Assembly: GCF_001194135.2 (NCBI RefSeq)
Contig: NC_068986.1
Span: 105,995,354 to 106,059,107 of the forward strand
Reading direction: 5' to 3'
Length of the DNA stretch: 63,754 bases
Source: Octopus bimaculoides
Taxonomy: Eukaryota
Made by a program: the position numbers and the translations under genes
Notes under the pieces: generated by a model
Told to the model about the DNA's origin: nothing
Seen by the model: only the letters and a program-made list of their open reading frames with translations
Databases searched by the model: none
Shown here: one piece after another, positions 10,481-23,011 of the stretch
How the letters are laid out: the number at the start of each line of letters is the position of its first letter
How positions within the stretch are numbered: position 1 is the stretch's first letter

Positions 10481-13400
10481 TAATGAAAGGAAGCGGTTGG
10501 AATCTCTCTGTATCCTGATCGATGATACATTTAGTGATGGTGTCACAATAAAAATACTGGTAACTGCGCAACCTGATAATCGCTACCTCATATGAGTGAC
10601 AATGAAAAACACAAAATATTGTGAATAACGGTGGTAATGAAACTGAAGCCGTTGATGGTGACAATGTTACACCTCCAGCTTGTCTTTATCCAGCAATGGA
10701 CCGGCACACTCGGCGTAGATGGAACAAACAAGTCAATATTGTGGTCATGGAGTGTTACTACCTGAGCAACCCTGTAGATGAAAATTGTGCTCATGTTAGG
10801 GGATACCGACAACATATGTACGATTAGTGGAGAGAAAAAGGACTGTTTCAACTCACGAAATAGAGATTATGTGATGAATCTTGAGCAATAAGAAAAAAAA
10901 TCGTTGGTTCACAGAAATAGAGCTCGAAGCTATCAAAAGACGGGTATTGGAAAACAGCAGTAGAGGAAGCGATGAAAATAGTTCATACTGATAAAAGTAA
11001 TCTTATAGCAGAAAACAGAGGTGAGATCTCTAATAAACCACAGGAAAGGAACAGTGATAGCTAGTTCGAAGGACATTTCTGTGTTAGACCGAAAAGAGAA
11101 GGGGAAACTTAAAAGCGAACAAAAATACAGGACACTGAACAGGAAGTGTGATACTGAAAGAAAGGACTTGAAATTGGTAATGGAGGAACTGAAACCACGC
11201 CTTATTGCAAAGAAAGCAAATATGGTAAGATACGACAAAAGAATGAAGGGATACCTGCAGAATAGGTTATTCAGAGTAGAGCAGAAGAGATTCTATAAAG
11301 AAATATATGGAGAGTGTACAAATGATAAGTTGATACCAGACAACATTGGAAGTGAAAGGTATTGGAGTGACATCTGGAGCAAAGACAAGGAGCACAAGAA
11401 GGATGCTGAATGGTTGCAAGAACTGAAACAAACAGTAGTCTGTCCACAACAAGCAGAACTAGTCATTTCAGTTAAGTAAGTGAAGGAAATCAGCAAAAAA
11501 TGGACAACTGAAAGGTCCCGGGGCCAGATGGAGGTCAAGGTTACTGGATCAAAAGATTTGGTGAATGTCATGCACGAATATCTGCACAACTCAACACCTC
11601 GTTAAATACCGACCAAGTAACGCCAGGGTGGTTGACAATGGGTAGGGCAGTGCTGTGCTTGAAAAACGTCGAAAATGCAATACGGTAGGCAATTGCAGGC
11701 CGATATCCTGCTTGCTTCTTATGTGGAAATTATTGACTAGAAGAGTTGCAGAGTCAATGTACAGACATCTGGAAAAAAATGGAGTCCTGCCACACGAGCA
11801 GAAGGGGTACAAGCGTAAGTGCAGAGGTAGACAAAACTGGACTTAGTGACTGAAAAAAGAGGAAAACTAACTTAGCCATGTCGTGAATCGATTAAAGTAA
11901 GGCACATGATATGATCCCACATTCTTGAGTTATGGAATGTATGAACCTATTTGGCATAGCATCGAATGTTGAACGATTGCTTGGAAAAAGTATGGTGAAG
12001 TGGAGGACGGAACCGACAGCATATGGAAGAAGCTTAGAGACAATAGAAATCAGGACAGATATCTTCCAAGGGGACTGTCTGTCCCCACTGATCTTTTCTA
12101 CTGTGCATGATACCACTAACATTGATTCTGAGGAAAGCAAAGGCTGCGTATGTAGTCAAGAGACGCCTACGAAAAATTAACCACTTGTTATTCAAGGATG
12201 ACTTAAAACTGTATGATAAAGATGAATCCCAAGTAAGTTCCCTCGTTGATGCAGTGTGTACTTTCAGTGCTGATATCAGAATGGAGTTGGGGCTGAAAAA
12301 GTGTGGTGTAATAGTCTTGAAGAGAGGCAAAATCAAATGTATAGACGAGATAGCGATACCGTCGGAGGAGGTTATGAAGCAGATAGAAGAGACGGGCTAT
12401 AAGGACTTGAGAATTTTGGAAATGGATAAATTGATGGGAAAAGAAATGAGAGAAAAATTTAAGGTGGAGTACTTGCGCAGACTGAGACTGATACTTAAGT
12501 TGAAATTAAACGGACGGAATAAGATTGAAGCTATCAACACCTGGGCGTATTTTCACTCCTTAGATATGGAGCAGGGGTATCTGCATGGACAGTAGACGAA
12601 CTAAACAGCTTAGACAGAAAGACAAGGAAGTTGCTGACTACATATAGGATACTCCACCCAAAAAGTGATACAGACAGACTGTATGTACTACGAAAATGAG
12701 GGGAAGAGGACTGATTGGATGCGAACACAGCATTAGGGCAGAAGAAAACAACACAACATAGTATGTAATAATGTCACAGAACCGCTATTATTGGAAGTAA
12801 GGTCAGGCTTGTGTAGGATGGAAGATTGCAAAGATAAAGCAGTTGAAAATGAATGAAACTGAAAATAGCTTGGTAAAGAAAAGAATGCATGGACAATTTC
12901 ATAGGGATGTTGAAGATAAGACAGATAGAGGAAAAAGATGGCTATGGATGACTAAAAGTGATTTAAAACCGAAAAACGGAGGCTCTAATGTGTGCTGAGC
13001 AAGCATTAAGAACGAATTAGATCAAATACTGAATAGACAACACGTCAGAAAGTGATAAGTGCAGAATTGGTGGACAAAATGGTGAAGCCGTATGGCATAT
13101 CACCAGTCAATGTAGGCCACTAGCTCAGAAGGAATATAAGAGACGTCATGACAATATAGCAAGGATTGTCCATTGGACTCTTTGCAACAAGTATGAACTT
13201 GACAGAGCAAAAAAGTGGTACGAACATAAACCCGAATCTATCATCGAAAATGATAATGCAAAGATTCTATGAGATTTTATGATTCACTGCGATCATGAAA
13301 TAGAGAATAGGAAACCAGACATAGTGTTAATTGAGAAAGAAAGCAAGCGATGCTGGATCATAGATATAGCATGCCCAGCTGATAACAAGGTATGCGATAA

Positions 13401-13712
13401 GGAAGAAAGAAAAGTCGATAGATATAACAGGTTGGCTTGGGAGGTAAAGCAGTTTTGATCGCTGAAAAAAGTGGTAGTAGTACCAATAATTGTCTGATCC
13501 CTAGGAATAGTGAGTACAAATCTTGAGAAGTACATGGAACAAATATGGGCTGCAATAAGGGTGGAGCACTTTCAGAAAACAGCACTGCTTGGAACCGCTC
13601 GAATACTCCGGAAGATGCTCGAAAAATAAAGGGCTCAACCTTACTTTACTGGTAGGGGACAGCTGACACCGTAGGACATCTCCAGCGTTAGAAGCTGTGC
13701 AAAGGCAATAAC
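10481..13712 (+). mobile_element. Full-length decayed R4/Dong-clade non-LTR retrotransposon (RT, CCHC knuckle, restriction-like endonuclease)
   Basis: Motifs in order despite stops and frameshifts: PGPD..QGYWIK (about 11520), RPISCL, HEQKG, IFQGDCLSP (12061-12087), NHLLFKDDLKLY (about 12180-12214), C..HITSQC..RHD (13060-13152), RKPDIVLI...IIDIACP (from about 13308), VVVVPII; flanked by (GAT)n(TAA)n at the 5' side and (TAA)n at the 3' side. Confidence 0.93.
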
Positions 13713-13751
13713 ATAATAATAATAATTTCAAATTTTGCCAGAAAGACAGCC

Positions 13752-13932
13752 TAGGGGAGGAGGTTTAGTTGATTACATCGACCCAAGTGCGTAACTGGTA
13801 CTTATTTTATCGACCTTGGAAGGATGAAAGGTAAAGTCGACCTCGGCGGAATTTGAACTCAGAGCGTAGCGACGGGCGAAAAACCGCTAAGCAATTCGTC
13901 CGGCGCACTAACAGTTCTGCCACCTCGCCGCC
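13752..13932 (-). mobile_element. Family A SINE monomer
   Basis: GAAAGGTAAAGTCGACCTCGGCGGAATTTGAACTCAGA...CCACCTCGCCGCC. Confidence 0.9.
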
Positions 13933-13962
13933 TTAATAATAACGATGATGATGATGATGATA

Positions 13963-14006
<44 letters not shown>

Positions 14007-14052
14007 AATAATAATAATTGCAATGATAACCATCATAACAACAACAACAACT
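13933..14052 (+). repeat. (TAA)n/(GAT)n/(CAA)n compound microsatellite
   Basis: Read directly. Confidence 0.95.
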
Positions 14053-14929
14053 TTTCGAAATAATTTATTTGAATTTGTTCGGAGTGTGGGGTTTTGCACA
14101 TATCGTTTGGTGGCCCTTCGAGGCTGCAGCTATTTGCAGGAAAGTCTAACATTACAAAGCGAAAATTCCCGTAACGCAACGATCTGGCAAGAACGACTGA
14201 GTGTTATGGTTAGCGAAGATTCTGGATTAATAATGGTGGCGCTGGCGTACTTTTTATATAGTACTTGTTATATAGATTTATGTCAGATTTATATAGTGAT
14301 ATATTTTACCAAGCGCATAATTTAATTGCCTGTCTTGATGGACATATGCTTCTGTGCACGAATTAAGTTTAAAGAAAAGAAAATTAATTTCGTGAGAAAT
14401 CCATCGCTGGAGCTTATTCCGATGCGGAAGATGTAATTTGAACAGATTTTACCGATTGAAATATTTACACTACAAACCTAGAATAATAGATCATTGTTTG
14501 CTAATGAGAACAGTTGTTCTATTTGAGGAATACAAGTTTGATCATGTGCTGTTTGTAGGCCAAGTGTTACTGTTCTCTAATAATTTCTGGCGAATATGAG
14601 GTTACTGTAAGACATTAATCAATAAAACGATAAGGGATGTTTATAAAAGTTCCAATGATCTTCTTCAAAATGTATGTCCTTTGGTAATTGTTTTAGAGAC
14701 ATGGGATATTAATCAAGAAATTCCCTGGATCCCGCTTCGAAGGAGTTGGTTTTTAATAGATTTTATATAACAATTACACTAGAAAAACATCTCAAAACTT
14801 TCAAGCAGACGATAAAGAAGACGAGCGAGATTTTACACTCTTGAGGTTTTTATCAATGGTTTAATTTCTTTCTCCCCCTCCCTCCCTACCCTCTCTCTCT
14901 CTCTTATACACACACATACATACATACAT

Positions 14930-15103
14930 ACAGATATATACGACGAGCTTCCATACTCATTCCATCTACCAAATTAACTCACAAAGCATTGATCGACCCT
15001 GGACTATAGTAGAAGACATTTGCCGAAGTGTCACTCCAGGAAACTGAACCCGAAACCGCGTAGTTGCAAGATGAGATTCTTAACGACACAGCCATGTTCG
15101 CGC
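14930..15103 (-). mobile_element. Family B SINE, 5' half, decayed
   Basis: CTATAGTAGAAGACATTTGCC...ACTGAACCCGAAACC...ACACAGCCA. Confidence 0.8.
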
Positions 15104-15172
15104 TTATGTAGTAGGAAAAATAAACACACACCAAAACGTTGAAGCAACATAATTTATCAATAAATTAAAATT

Positions 15173-15579
15173 ATTTTCTACTCTAGACACAAGGCCCGAA
15201 ATTTTGCGGCAGGGGTCCAGTCAATAAGATCGACCCCAGTATGAAACTGGTACTTAATTTATCAACCCCGAAAGGATGAAAGGCAAAGTCGACCTCAGCG
15301 GAATTTGAACTCAAAACGTAAAGACAGACGAAATACCGTTAAGAATTTCGCTCGGCGCGCTGTTTCTTATTTCTTTGTTGCCCACAAGGGGCTAAACATA
15401 GAGGGGACAAACAAGGACAGACAAAGGAAGTCGATTACATCGTAACTGGTACTTTACCGACCTTAAAAGGGTGAAAAGCAAAGCCTACCTAGGCGGAATT
15501 TGAACTCAAAACGTAACGACAGACGAAATACCACCAGGCACTTTGCCCGGCGTGCTAACGTTCCTGCCAGCGCGCCACC
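15173..15579 (-). mobile_element. Dimeric family A SINE with about 19-bp TSD
   Basis: TTATCAATAAATTAAAATT (15154-15172) versus TTATCAACAAATTTAAATT (15580-15598) flank the whole dimer. Confidence 0.9.
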
Positions 15580-16019
15580 TTATCAACAAATTTAAATTGT
15601 TAAGTTCAAGTAATTGTAAGCAGGTCAAGCGATTTTTAATAGCTCGGTATTTGCATTACATCTTCATCATTTGGTACATTAGAATCATTTGATACATCGG
15701 AAGCAGTGTGAAACATTTTAGGTCATAAGGATATATCGTGTAACTCAATTTATCCAATACAGTGCGTAGAAAATACCTGACGAAGTTGAATAAATAGTTA
15801 TAGAGAATGCCTTCAATAAGTTGCATTCAACTTGATAATACAGCCTTAGGTGGGAAACGATGAACAAATGATTGCCATCTTATTGGTCAATCAAGGAAGA
15901 TAGAATGGAAAGGAAGAAGAAGAAATCAGAAGGAGAAGAAAACGAAGAAAGAAAGAAAGAGGATTAAACTTAACTTTGAATATCTAATTCATTATACAGC
16001 GTTCTCTTATCTCCTTTCT

Positions 16020-16029
16020 TTCTTTCTTG

Positions 16030-16112
<83 letters not shown>

Positions 16113-16115
16113 TCA
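16020..16115 (+). repeat. (TTTC)n microsatellite
   Basis: Read directly. Confidence 0.97.
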
Positions 16116-16770
16116 TCTTTGTTTGTTTCTTTCGTTCTTTCTTCGGATTCCTTCACTCCAATTCGTTTTCCTTTCTCCATTGTCTTAATCCTTCATCGTT
16201 AAAAAAAAACAAAAAACTCTTTCAAAAGAAAAAAAGATTATTTTTGTTGTCATTTCATTATTTTGTCTTTCCTTCTTCATTTCTTTCTTTCAACTCTCTT
16301 CTCATTTTTTCTTTCATTCCCTTTTCACTCCATTATACCATTCCTTTGCCACACTTGCCTAAAGAAATGAACAAATTTTAAACAAAAGTGGACCAAACAC
16401 CTGGCGTCAAACTAAACTTCCTAAGGATTCACTAAACAACGATTCTTTAAGAGATCATTAAGAGGATGATTTTTTTTTTTCAGTATGATTTGTATTATTT
16501 TTGTTTGTTCTTGCATTTCCTGCTCCTGTTATTCATTCAATTTCATCTCTACTTCATTGTTGTGTTTTGGAGTGAAGAATTTTTCGACAGGTTTCCATTA
16601 AGCTCGAAATATGATCTCCGACTGGTTCTATGATAATTGAAGCCACCGTTGAGAAATAGTGTTGTCGCTGGTTCGTGATATCATAATTCTTTTGGCGATG
16701 TATATCTGATAATCTGATGCAACTATATCCCCATATAACGCTTATCAGCTTTTACGCTTGTGGCAGATGA

Positions 16771-16772
<2 letters not shown>

Positions 16773-16841
<69 letters not shown>

Positions 16842-16876
16842 ATAATAATAATAATAAATAATAAATAATAATAATT
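16773..16876 (+). repeat. (TAC)n followed by (TAA)n
   Basis: Read directly. Confidence 0.97.
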
Positions 16877-17147
16877 TACCTTTGGAAACATGGGTGTTTT
16901 GCTCAACATCCTTAAACAAACCTTATTCAGGATGGGCTACTCAACCCGAAGAAAATTCTAACTGGGCCCCACCTGAGAGGTCATGCGCTGTTTATCTTGA
17001 TATGAAATCACCATGTCGCGCACATATGGTTGTGATGCATGTGCCTGGCTGGTGTACTCTTATCAGACGGGTAGTCATGATGGGTATAATGGGCTTCGTA
17101 TATTTTACCTCAGTATCACTTTGATGGCATGCACTGCTCTCTCATTC
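16877..17147 (+). mobile_element. 3'-terminal fragment of a (TAA)n-tailed non-LTR element, family unassigned
   Basis: GC-richer 270-bp insert embedded between two TAA arrays, ending GCACTGCTCTCTCATTC-(AAT)n; no coding motif seen. Confidence 0.55.
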
Positions 17148-17161
17148 AATAATAATAATAA

Positions 17162-17223
<62 letters not shown>
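17148..17223 (+). repeat. (AAT)n array shared by two convergent retroelements
   Basis: Read directly. Confidence 0.97.
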
Positions 17224-17225
<2 letters not shown>

Positions 17226-18640
17226 CTTTTCATTTCAGGTCACAAGGGCCGAACACAAAACAAAAAGGGTCAATACAACACAAGGAACAGAAAGGGCTTA
17301 GTACAAAGATTCGCGTATAAAATAGATCCGTCCTACGCACGTCAACAGCTGTTTGACAAAGCTTCCCAAGGCAGCAATGGTCGGGCACTAGACGAGTGCA
17401 AGCAGAGGGATTTCGTTGCCCCGCTCATCACACGACCTGGTCTGTCTGATAGCACTTCCGTGTTATTGAGCTTATCATGAACCAGCAGAGCTGTACACGA
17501 ATTCGTCACTTCTGCTCGATCCTACAAGGGCGAGACTAGCCACCTTGTTCGTCAACTTACCCCGGTTCTTGTTCATCTGAAAGTCCGTACTAAATAAGAA
17601 CTCGAGCACTTTAATCGGTCCTTCCGTCCAGTGTCCTATGACACTCTCGGGTGGCATAGACCTGCCTCTCCAGGTACCGAGCTGCAAGCCCATCGACTTC
17701 TGGTTAATCTTTGCACTTTTCAACGCTTCGTATTCCCTTTACGATTTCCGATCAGTTCGATTTCCGAGATGTCTTACGCTAGTACGGTGACGTCGTCCGC
17801 ATAAGCCAACGCGAACTCTCCGTATCCTAGTTTACAAGGGATGTCCTTCGAAATATCCAACTTCCTTAGTAATGGCTCGAGAGCCAGCAGGTATAAAATG
17901 GACAAGAATGTGAATCCTCGACGGACCGAACGTGCGATGTTAAATGATTTCGATAGGTGGTCATTCACTTTTGACTACCGAGAAAATGTCGCCGTACATT
18001 GCAGCGATGCAGCCTCTGAAAACGGGACAGAAATTGGCCGCCACGAGGATAGCCTTCAAGTTTTGGTGGTCGACCCTATCAAAAGCTTTCGATTGGTCCA
18101 AATTGATCAGTGCCCCACCCATGCCAAGTTCGTTCCTTACCCTATCTATGATGTAACGCATGAGGTGATGGTTGTCGTGAACAGATCTGTTTGGGGCAGT
18201 GTATGTCTGCTCGTCACCAACTAGCTTATCGACGACAAGCGCCAACATGGCTAAAACCTTGTAATTTTGTATTTGTTCCTCCTTGTTTCGGTCCTTTCTT
18301 AACAGCACCACCATACCAAAGCTCACAGCCCTGGAAATTCTCCCATTCAGTGGCCAATTGCGGTAGATTTCCACCAAGGTACCAGCAAGCAAGTCTGGCA
18401 TAAGAAGATAAAGCTCGAAGGACAGACCATCCAGCCTCGGCGACTTCTCCCTTGTGCGGCTCGTCATCGCGTCTTGTATATCTTCGACTGTTATCAGTAT
18501 TTCGCAGAACTCCGCAGCGTGCCGTCGAAGTAGGAGGTGAAATCCACCCCTGTCCCGACTCACCACGCGTTACGTACAGTTCGACAAAATGCTGCTGAAG
18601 TTCATAGAGTGGTGCGGCACCTACCAGATTACATAGACAG
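17224..18640 (-). mobile_element. Tx1/L1-clade LINE, 5'-truncated, RT fragment plus 3' end
   Basis: ORFs 17961-18566 (KSPRLDGL, GALINLDQSKAFDRVDH), 17774-17968 (SVRRG..LYLLALEPLLRKL, AYADDVT) and 17475-17723 (AKINQKSMGLQLGTW); ends CCCTTGTGACCTGAAATGAAAAGAG-(TAT)n. Confidence 0.9.
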
Positions 18641-18840
18641 TAAATGATGCAGTTTCGCTTTTTCAGACGGATTTTATGGCTGCTTTTCCTTTTGACAAGG
18701 CTACACTACTGGGTCAAACGAAGACCGAAAGTGTGTGCATGGAATCTGGAATAATGTCTGAGATTCATAGCGCCCTACCAATCGGGGCCATTGAGAAAGA
18801 CCAAGGTAGTCTGTTCCAAAGGACATTCGACTCGGGGATT

Positions 18841-19080
18841 CTCGTATATGTATATGTATATATGTTTGTTATTTGTGTCTGTGTTTGTTCCCCACTCCAC
18901 CGTCGCTTGACAACCGATGATGGTGTGTTTACGTTCCCGTAACTTAGCGGTTTGGCGAAAGAGACCGATAGAATAAGTACTAGGCTTACGAAGAATAAGT
19001 CCTGGGTCGATTTGTTCGACTAAATGTGGTGCTTCAGCATGGCCACAGTCAACTGACTGAAACAAGTGAAAGAGTAAAGA

Positions 19081-19082
<2 letters not shown>
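18841..19082 (+). mobile_element. Family B SINE, 3' half
   Basis: TGTGTTTGTTCCCC...CTTGACAACCGATG...CAGCATGGCCACAGTC...GAAACAAGT. Confidence 0.9.
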
Positions 19083-19121
<39 letters not shown>

Positions 19122-19830
19122 AATTCATACATTAATCAACAAAGCAGTCATTAATACTAAGCAATGTTGCGTATCAGCATGCAATTTTCTGTGCTAATCC
19201 TTTATGTTGCTCTATCGCAGAAATTCTCAACTGGGAACTGCGGACAGTCATAAGGGCGGCGCTGCAACTTTTGTTCAGTCTTAGTAAAAGGAAAACCTGT
19301 GCATGATAAGTGGAATAAAGGAAGAAAATTGAAAGCCATAATTCACAAAAAGGCTTTGTATGTTTATAATGGAATACAAAGAGCAAAATGTAGCTCTCTT
19401 GAACTAACGTTCTATGAAATTTTGTTGACATTTTGGAACAGTAAAAGTAATTACCATTTTGATGGAGTGTTCGTTGTTTACGTTTCAGATTGAAGTTCAG
19501 TCAAAAATGGCGAAGTTTTTATTAAAGAAAATGTGTTTTGAAAATAGCTATTGACTAGAGAATTGCAGCAATAAACAGCTCGTTTACATCCGTAAATGTT
19601 CTTGGTGACTTAATGAACGGCGGTGACAAGGCAGGGTTGATGAGGCCTAGCATTCTAAATGCTCGATAAATGCAGATAAGGGTTAAAGGTATGAGGAGGC
19701 AGTATTTCGAATTTAACCTACCGCAACGTTTCATAAGTTGTTTCATTTGTGGGGAGAAATTGAACCACGAATTAATGGTATCAAGGAAATTACCACAATG
19801 CCAGTTTACAGTAAATACCTTCATACGTCC

Positions 19831-20058
19831 ATGTGTGTGTGTGTGTGTGTGTGTCTGAGTTTACCTCCCCCACCGCCTCTTAGCAACCGGTGCTGGTGTG
19901 TTTACGCTCTCGAAACTCAGCGGTTCGGCAAAATAACCGATAGAATAAGTACTAGATTTTAAAATAAGTACCAGTTGAGTACTGGGGTCGATGTAATCGA
20001 ATACTCCCTTCCCTTCAAAAACTGTAAACTGCCGGCCTTGTGACAAAATTTGAAACCG
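19831..20058 (+). mobile_element. Chimeric SINE: family B body with family A-type tail
   Basis: B sequence to GATAGAATAAGTACTAG, then AAATAAGTACCAGTTGAGTACTGGGGTCGATGTAATCGA...GGCCTTGTG..AAAATTTGAAAC. Confidence 0.7.
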
Positions 20059-20309
20059 TTATTATTATTGTTGTTGCTGTTCTTATTGATCGTTGTCTGC
20101 GTGAATGGGCTTCCAGTTTCAAGAAAAAATATTCAGGTTTAGCAATCCTATCTAAATTGACCATAGGATCATATAGTTGAAATTTAGAGCAGGCTATGCA
20201 CAACACCTGGTCTCAGTAAGGTAGCAGAGATGATAGCAACTGTTATCGTTACTTCGTTATTGAAACGAGCAGCTGTTTTTTTTTTATATATAATTTCTAC
20301 TCTCTTAAT

Positions 20310-20526
20310 AAAATCAAGAGCTGGTTGTGCGAGCTTTCACCGTATAATCGAGATAAGGAGCTGGTTGCTATCATATGAAGTGCAGAATTGAGATCCAGAG
20401 CTGGTTTTCATTATGTCTATTGCTCTACTGAGATAAGGGATTGGTTTTTATATCTGATAGTGTACTAATGAAATCAAAAGATTGTTTTATTTTCACTACA
20501 ACATTACTAAAACACGAAGCGGGTTG
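20310..20526 (+). repeat. Decayed array with exact 40-bp period
   Basis: CTGGTT-like motif at 20321, 20361, 20401, 20441, 20481 and about 20521, most preceded by a GARATMM-like segment. Confidence 0.75.
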
Positions 20527-20635
20527 TTATTCTTGAGATTAGGATGATATCCGAAAAGAAACAACAATTTTAGCAAACCATATTAAGCAACACTAATAAT
20601 AAAAAAACAAAAACAAAAGAAAACAAAAATAAACA

Positions 20636-20805
20636 AGTGGTAAGTAGCTTGCTTACGAACCACATGGTTCCGGGCTCAATCGCACTGCGTGGCACCTTGG
20701 GCAAGTGTCTTCTACTATAGCCTCGGGCCGATCAAAGCCTTGTGAGTGGATTTGGTAGACGGAAACTAAAAGAAGCCTGTCGTATATATGTATATATATA
20801 TATAT
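20636..20805 (+). mobile_element. Family B SINE, 5' half, running into an assembly gap
   Basis: GTGGTAAGTAGCTTGCTTAC...GGCACCTTGGGCAAGTGTCTT...GTCGTATATA. Confidence 0.9.
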
Positions 20806-21416
20806 NNNNNNNNNNNNNNNNNNNNNNNNNNNNNNNNNNNNNNNNNNNNNNNNNNNNNNNNNNNNNNNNNNNNNNNNNNNNNNNNNNNNNNNNNNNNNNN
20901 NNNNNNNNNNNNNNNNNNNNNNNNNNNNNNNNNNNNNNNNNNNNNNNNNNNNNNNNNNNNNNNNNNNNNNNNNNNNNNNNNNNNNNNNNNNNNNNNNNNN
21001 NNNNNNNNNNNNNNNNNNNNNNNNNNNNNNNNNNNNNNNNNNNNNNNNNNNNNNNNNNNNNNNNNNNNNNNNNNNNNNNNNNNNNNNNNNNNNNNNNNNN
21101 NNNNNNNNNNNNNNNNNNNNNNNNNNNNNNNNNNNNNNNNNNNNNNNNNNNNNNNNNNNNNNNNNNNNNNNNNNNNNNNNNNNNNNNNNNNNNNNNNNNN
21201 NNNNNNNNNNNNNNNNNNNNNNNNNNNNNNNNNNNNNNNNNNNNNNNNNNNNNNNNNNNNNNNNNNNNNNNNNNNNNNNNNNNNNNNNNNNNNNNNNNNN
21301 NNNNNNNNNNNNNNNNNNNNNNNNNNNNNNNNNNNNNNNNNNNNNNNNNNNNNNNNNNNNNNNNNNNNNNNNNNNNNNNNNNNNNNNNNNNNNNNNNNNN
21401 NNNNNNNNNNNNNNNN
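20806..21416. other. Assembly gap. Other gaps: 25371-25430, 47412-47421, 49988-50030, 51583-52237, 53427-53436, 55269-55463, 56581-57027, 59710-59865
   Basis: Runs of N, nearly all flanked by (TA)n or (CA)n. Confidence 1.
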
Positions 21417-21486
<70 letters not shown>

Positions 21487-22349
21487 GACAGATAGAAAGA
21501 AAGAGAGAGGGAGAGAGGGACTCAGTCTGTTTGGACTTGAAGAGAATTTGCAAGCTGCATTTCGAAAGTATGTATGTGAGTTAGAACCGGAGTTAGATGT
21601 TATTAATAAACATATGAGATTGTTAATAACATTCACATTGAATGTCAAGTAGTTACTCTGCTATGTGTAGCTGATAGATGTTAGTCTACATTTCATTGTT
21701 AAGTGTTTGAATAATGACTAGTCTCCATGTTGTGTCGGAAATGACTGTTGAATGTTATAAACGTATATTCATTATTGAAGCCATCTCATTGTTGCTATTA
21801 ACATATTTCCGCTGTTATAAATGTAATCTTCATTTCATTGTAAGAAACTGGGTGATGATATTCTAAATATATCATCTCAGTGTATATTGTTAAACAAGAA
21901 CTTGATATTTTAAATACAATATATTGTATTGCCAACACAAGTAACATAAGTACAAAGATATTCTGTGTCATCCTTAGCATGAGCTAGATGCTACCAGAGT
22001 TACATGTTGTCTGCGCATGTAATACCTCTGTTCAGTGACGGACATTTGATCCTTATATTTAATACTAATTAGCCGTTTCTAAGTGTTCCCATGGTAGTTT
22101 AATCATTAAAAGCTACCCCACAGCTCAGTGGGCACCTACTATACTACGTTCACTGGGGTTGTGGGTTTAAGACTAAAGGATCTTTTCTCAAATTTGAAAA
22201 TAAAGATGTGACACAACATATTAAAATTTGCTAAAAGAATTTACAAACATAGTTGAACAGTCGTAGAATAATAATGCAAATAAGTTGTGCCTTCGATTTT
22301 GCTCCATAGTTAAGAATGTTTATTACTGGATTTAAAGGGCAGAAAAATA

Positions 22350-22558
22350 TTAGGTTGGTGCATAATTATTGCAGCTTTTTTTCGACAAATTTTATTCAAC
22401 AAAAACAATAGCAACATTTAACAAAATCATCTTTATGTGATTCTACTGGAGAATATTCACCTTCTACTTCAATTTCTGCTTGGCGTTTTGTTGAAAGTTT
22501 TTGTTGAATAAAATTTATTGAAAAAAAAAAAAGCCGCAATAATTATGCACTAAACTAA
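22350..22558. mobile_element. Mariner-type MITE
   Basis: TIR TTAGGTTGGTGCATAATTATTGC and its near-complement GCAATAATTATGCACTAAACTAA, TA on both sides; resembles the Hsmar1-type TIR TTAGGTTGGTGCAAAAGTAATTGC. Confidence 0.88.
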
Positions 22559-22754
22559 TAAATAACGACTCTCAGATTATATAAGGTGACGCTCGTATAA
22601 CAAGGACTGTACCTTTTAGAGCTGTTGTCTCTTAAAATTGCACATTCAAAACTACTTATGCAAACTTTTATTCTATCTAAAGCTGTGGTCTATATGACCT
22701 TTGGAGGTTCAAACAAGATTTTGTTGCTACAATTTATGTGCAATAAATTGGGTA

Positions 22755-22969
22755 AATTCTTTTATTCTTTTACTTGTTTCAGTCCTTTGACTGCGGCCAT
22801 GCTGGAGCATCGTCTTTAGTCGAGCGAATCGACCCCAGAGCGTTATTCTTTGTATGCCTAGTACTTATTCTATCGATCTTTTTTGCCGAACCGCTAAGTT
22901 ACGGGGACGTAAACACATCAACATCGGTCATAAAGTGATGCTGGGGGTCAAACACGGACACAGAAGTAC

Positions 22970-23011
<42 letters not shown>

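Noticed and set aside
17013-17480. 155-aa ORF with poly-Asn
   Set aside because: Reads through the (AAT)n array and the antisense strand of the Tx1 3' end.
20310-20526. CRISPR interpretation of the 40-bp array
   Set aside because: Eukaryotic context, short degenerate repeats, weak spacer similarity and no cas genes; kept only as a periodic array.
20653-21648. Long ORFs of 130-330 aa around 20.7-21.6, 51.3-52.4, 55.1-55.6, 56.5-57.2 and 59.6-60.2 kb
   Set aside because: They are open only because they run through N gaps and dinucleotide repeats.
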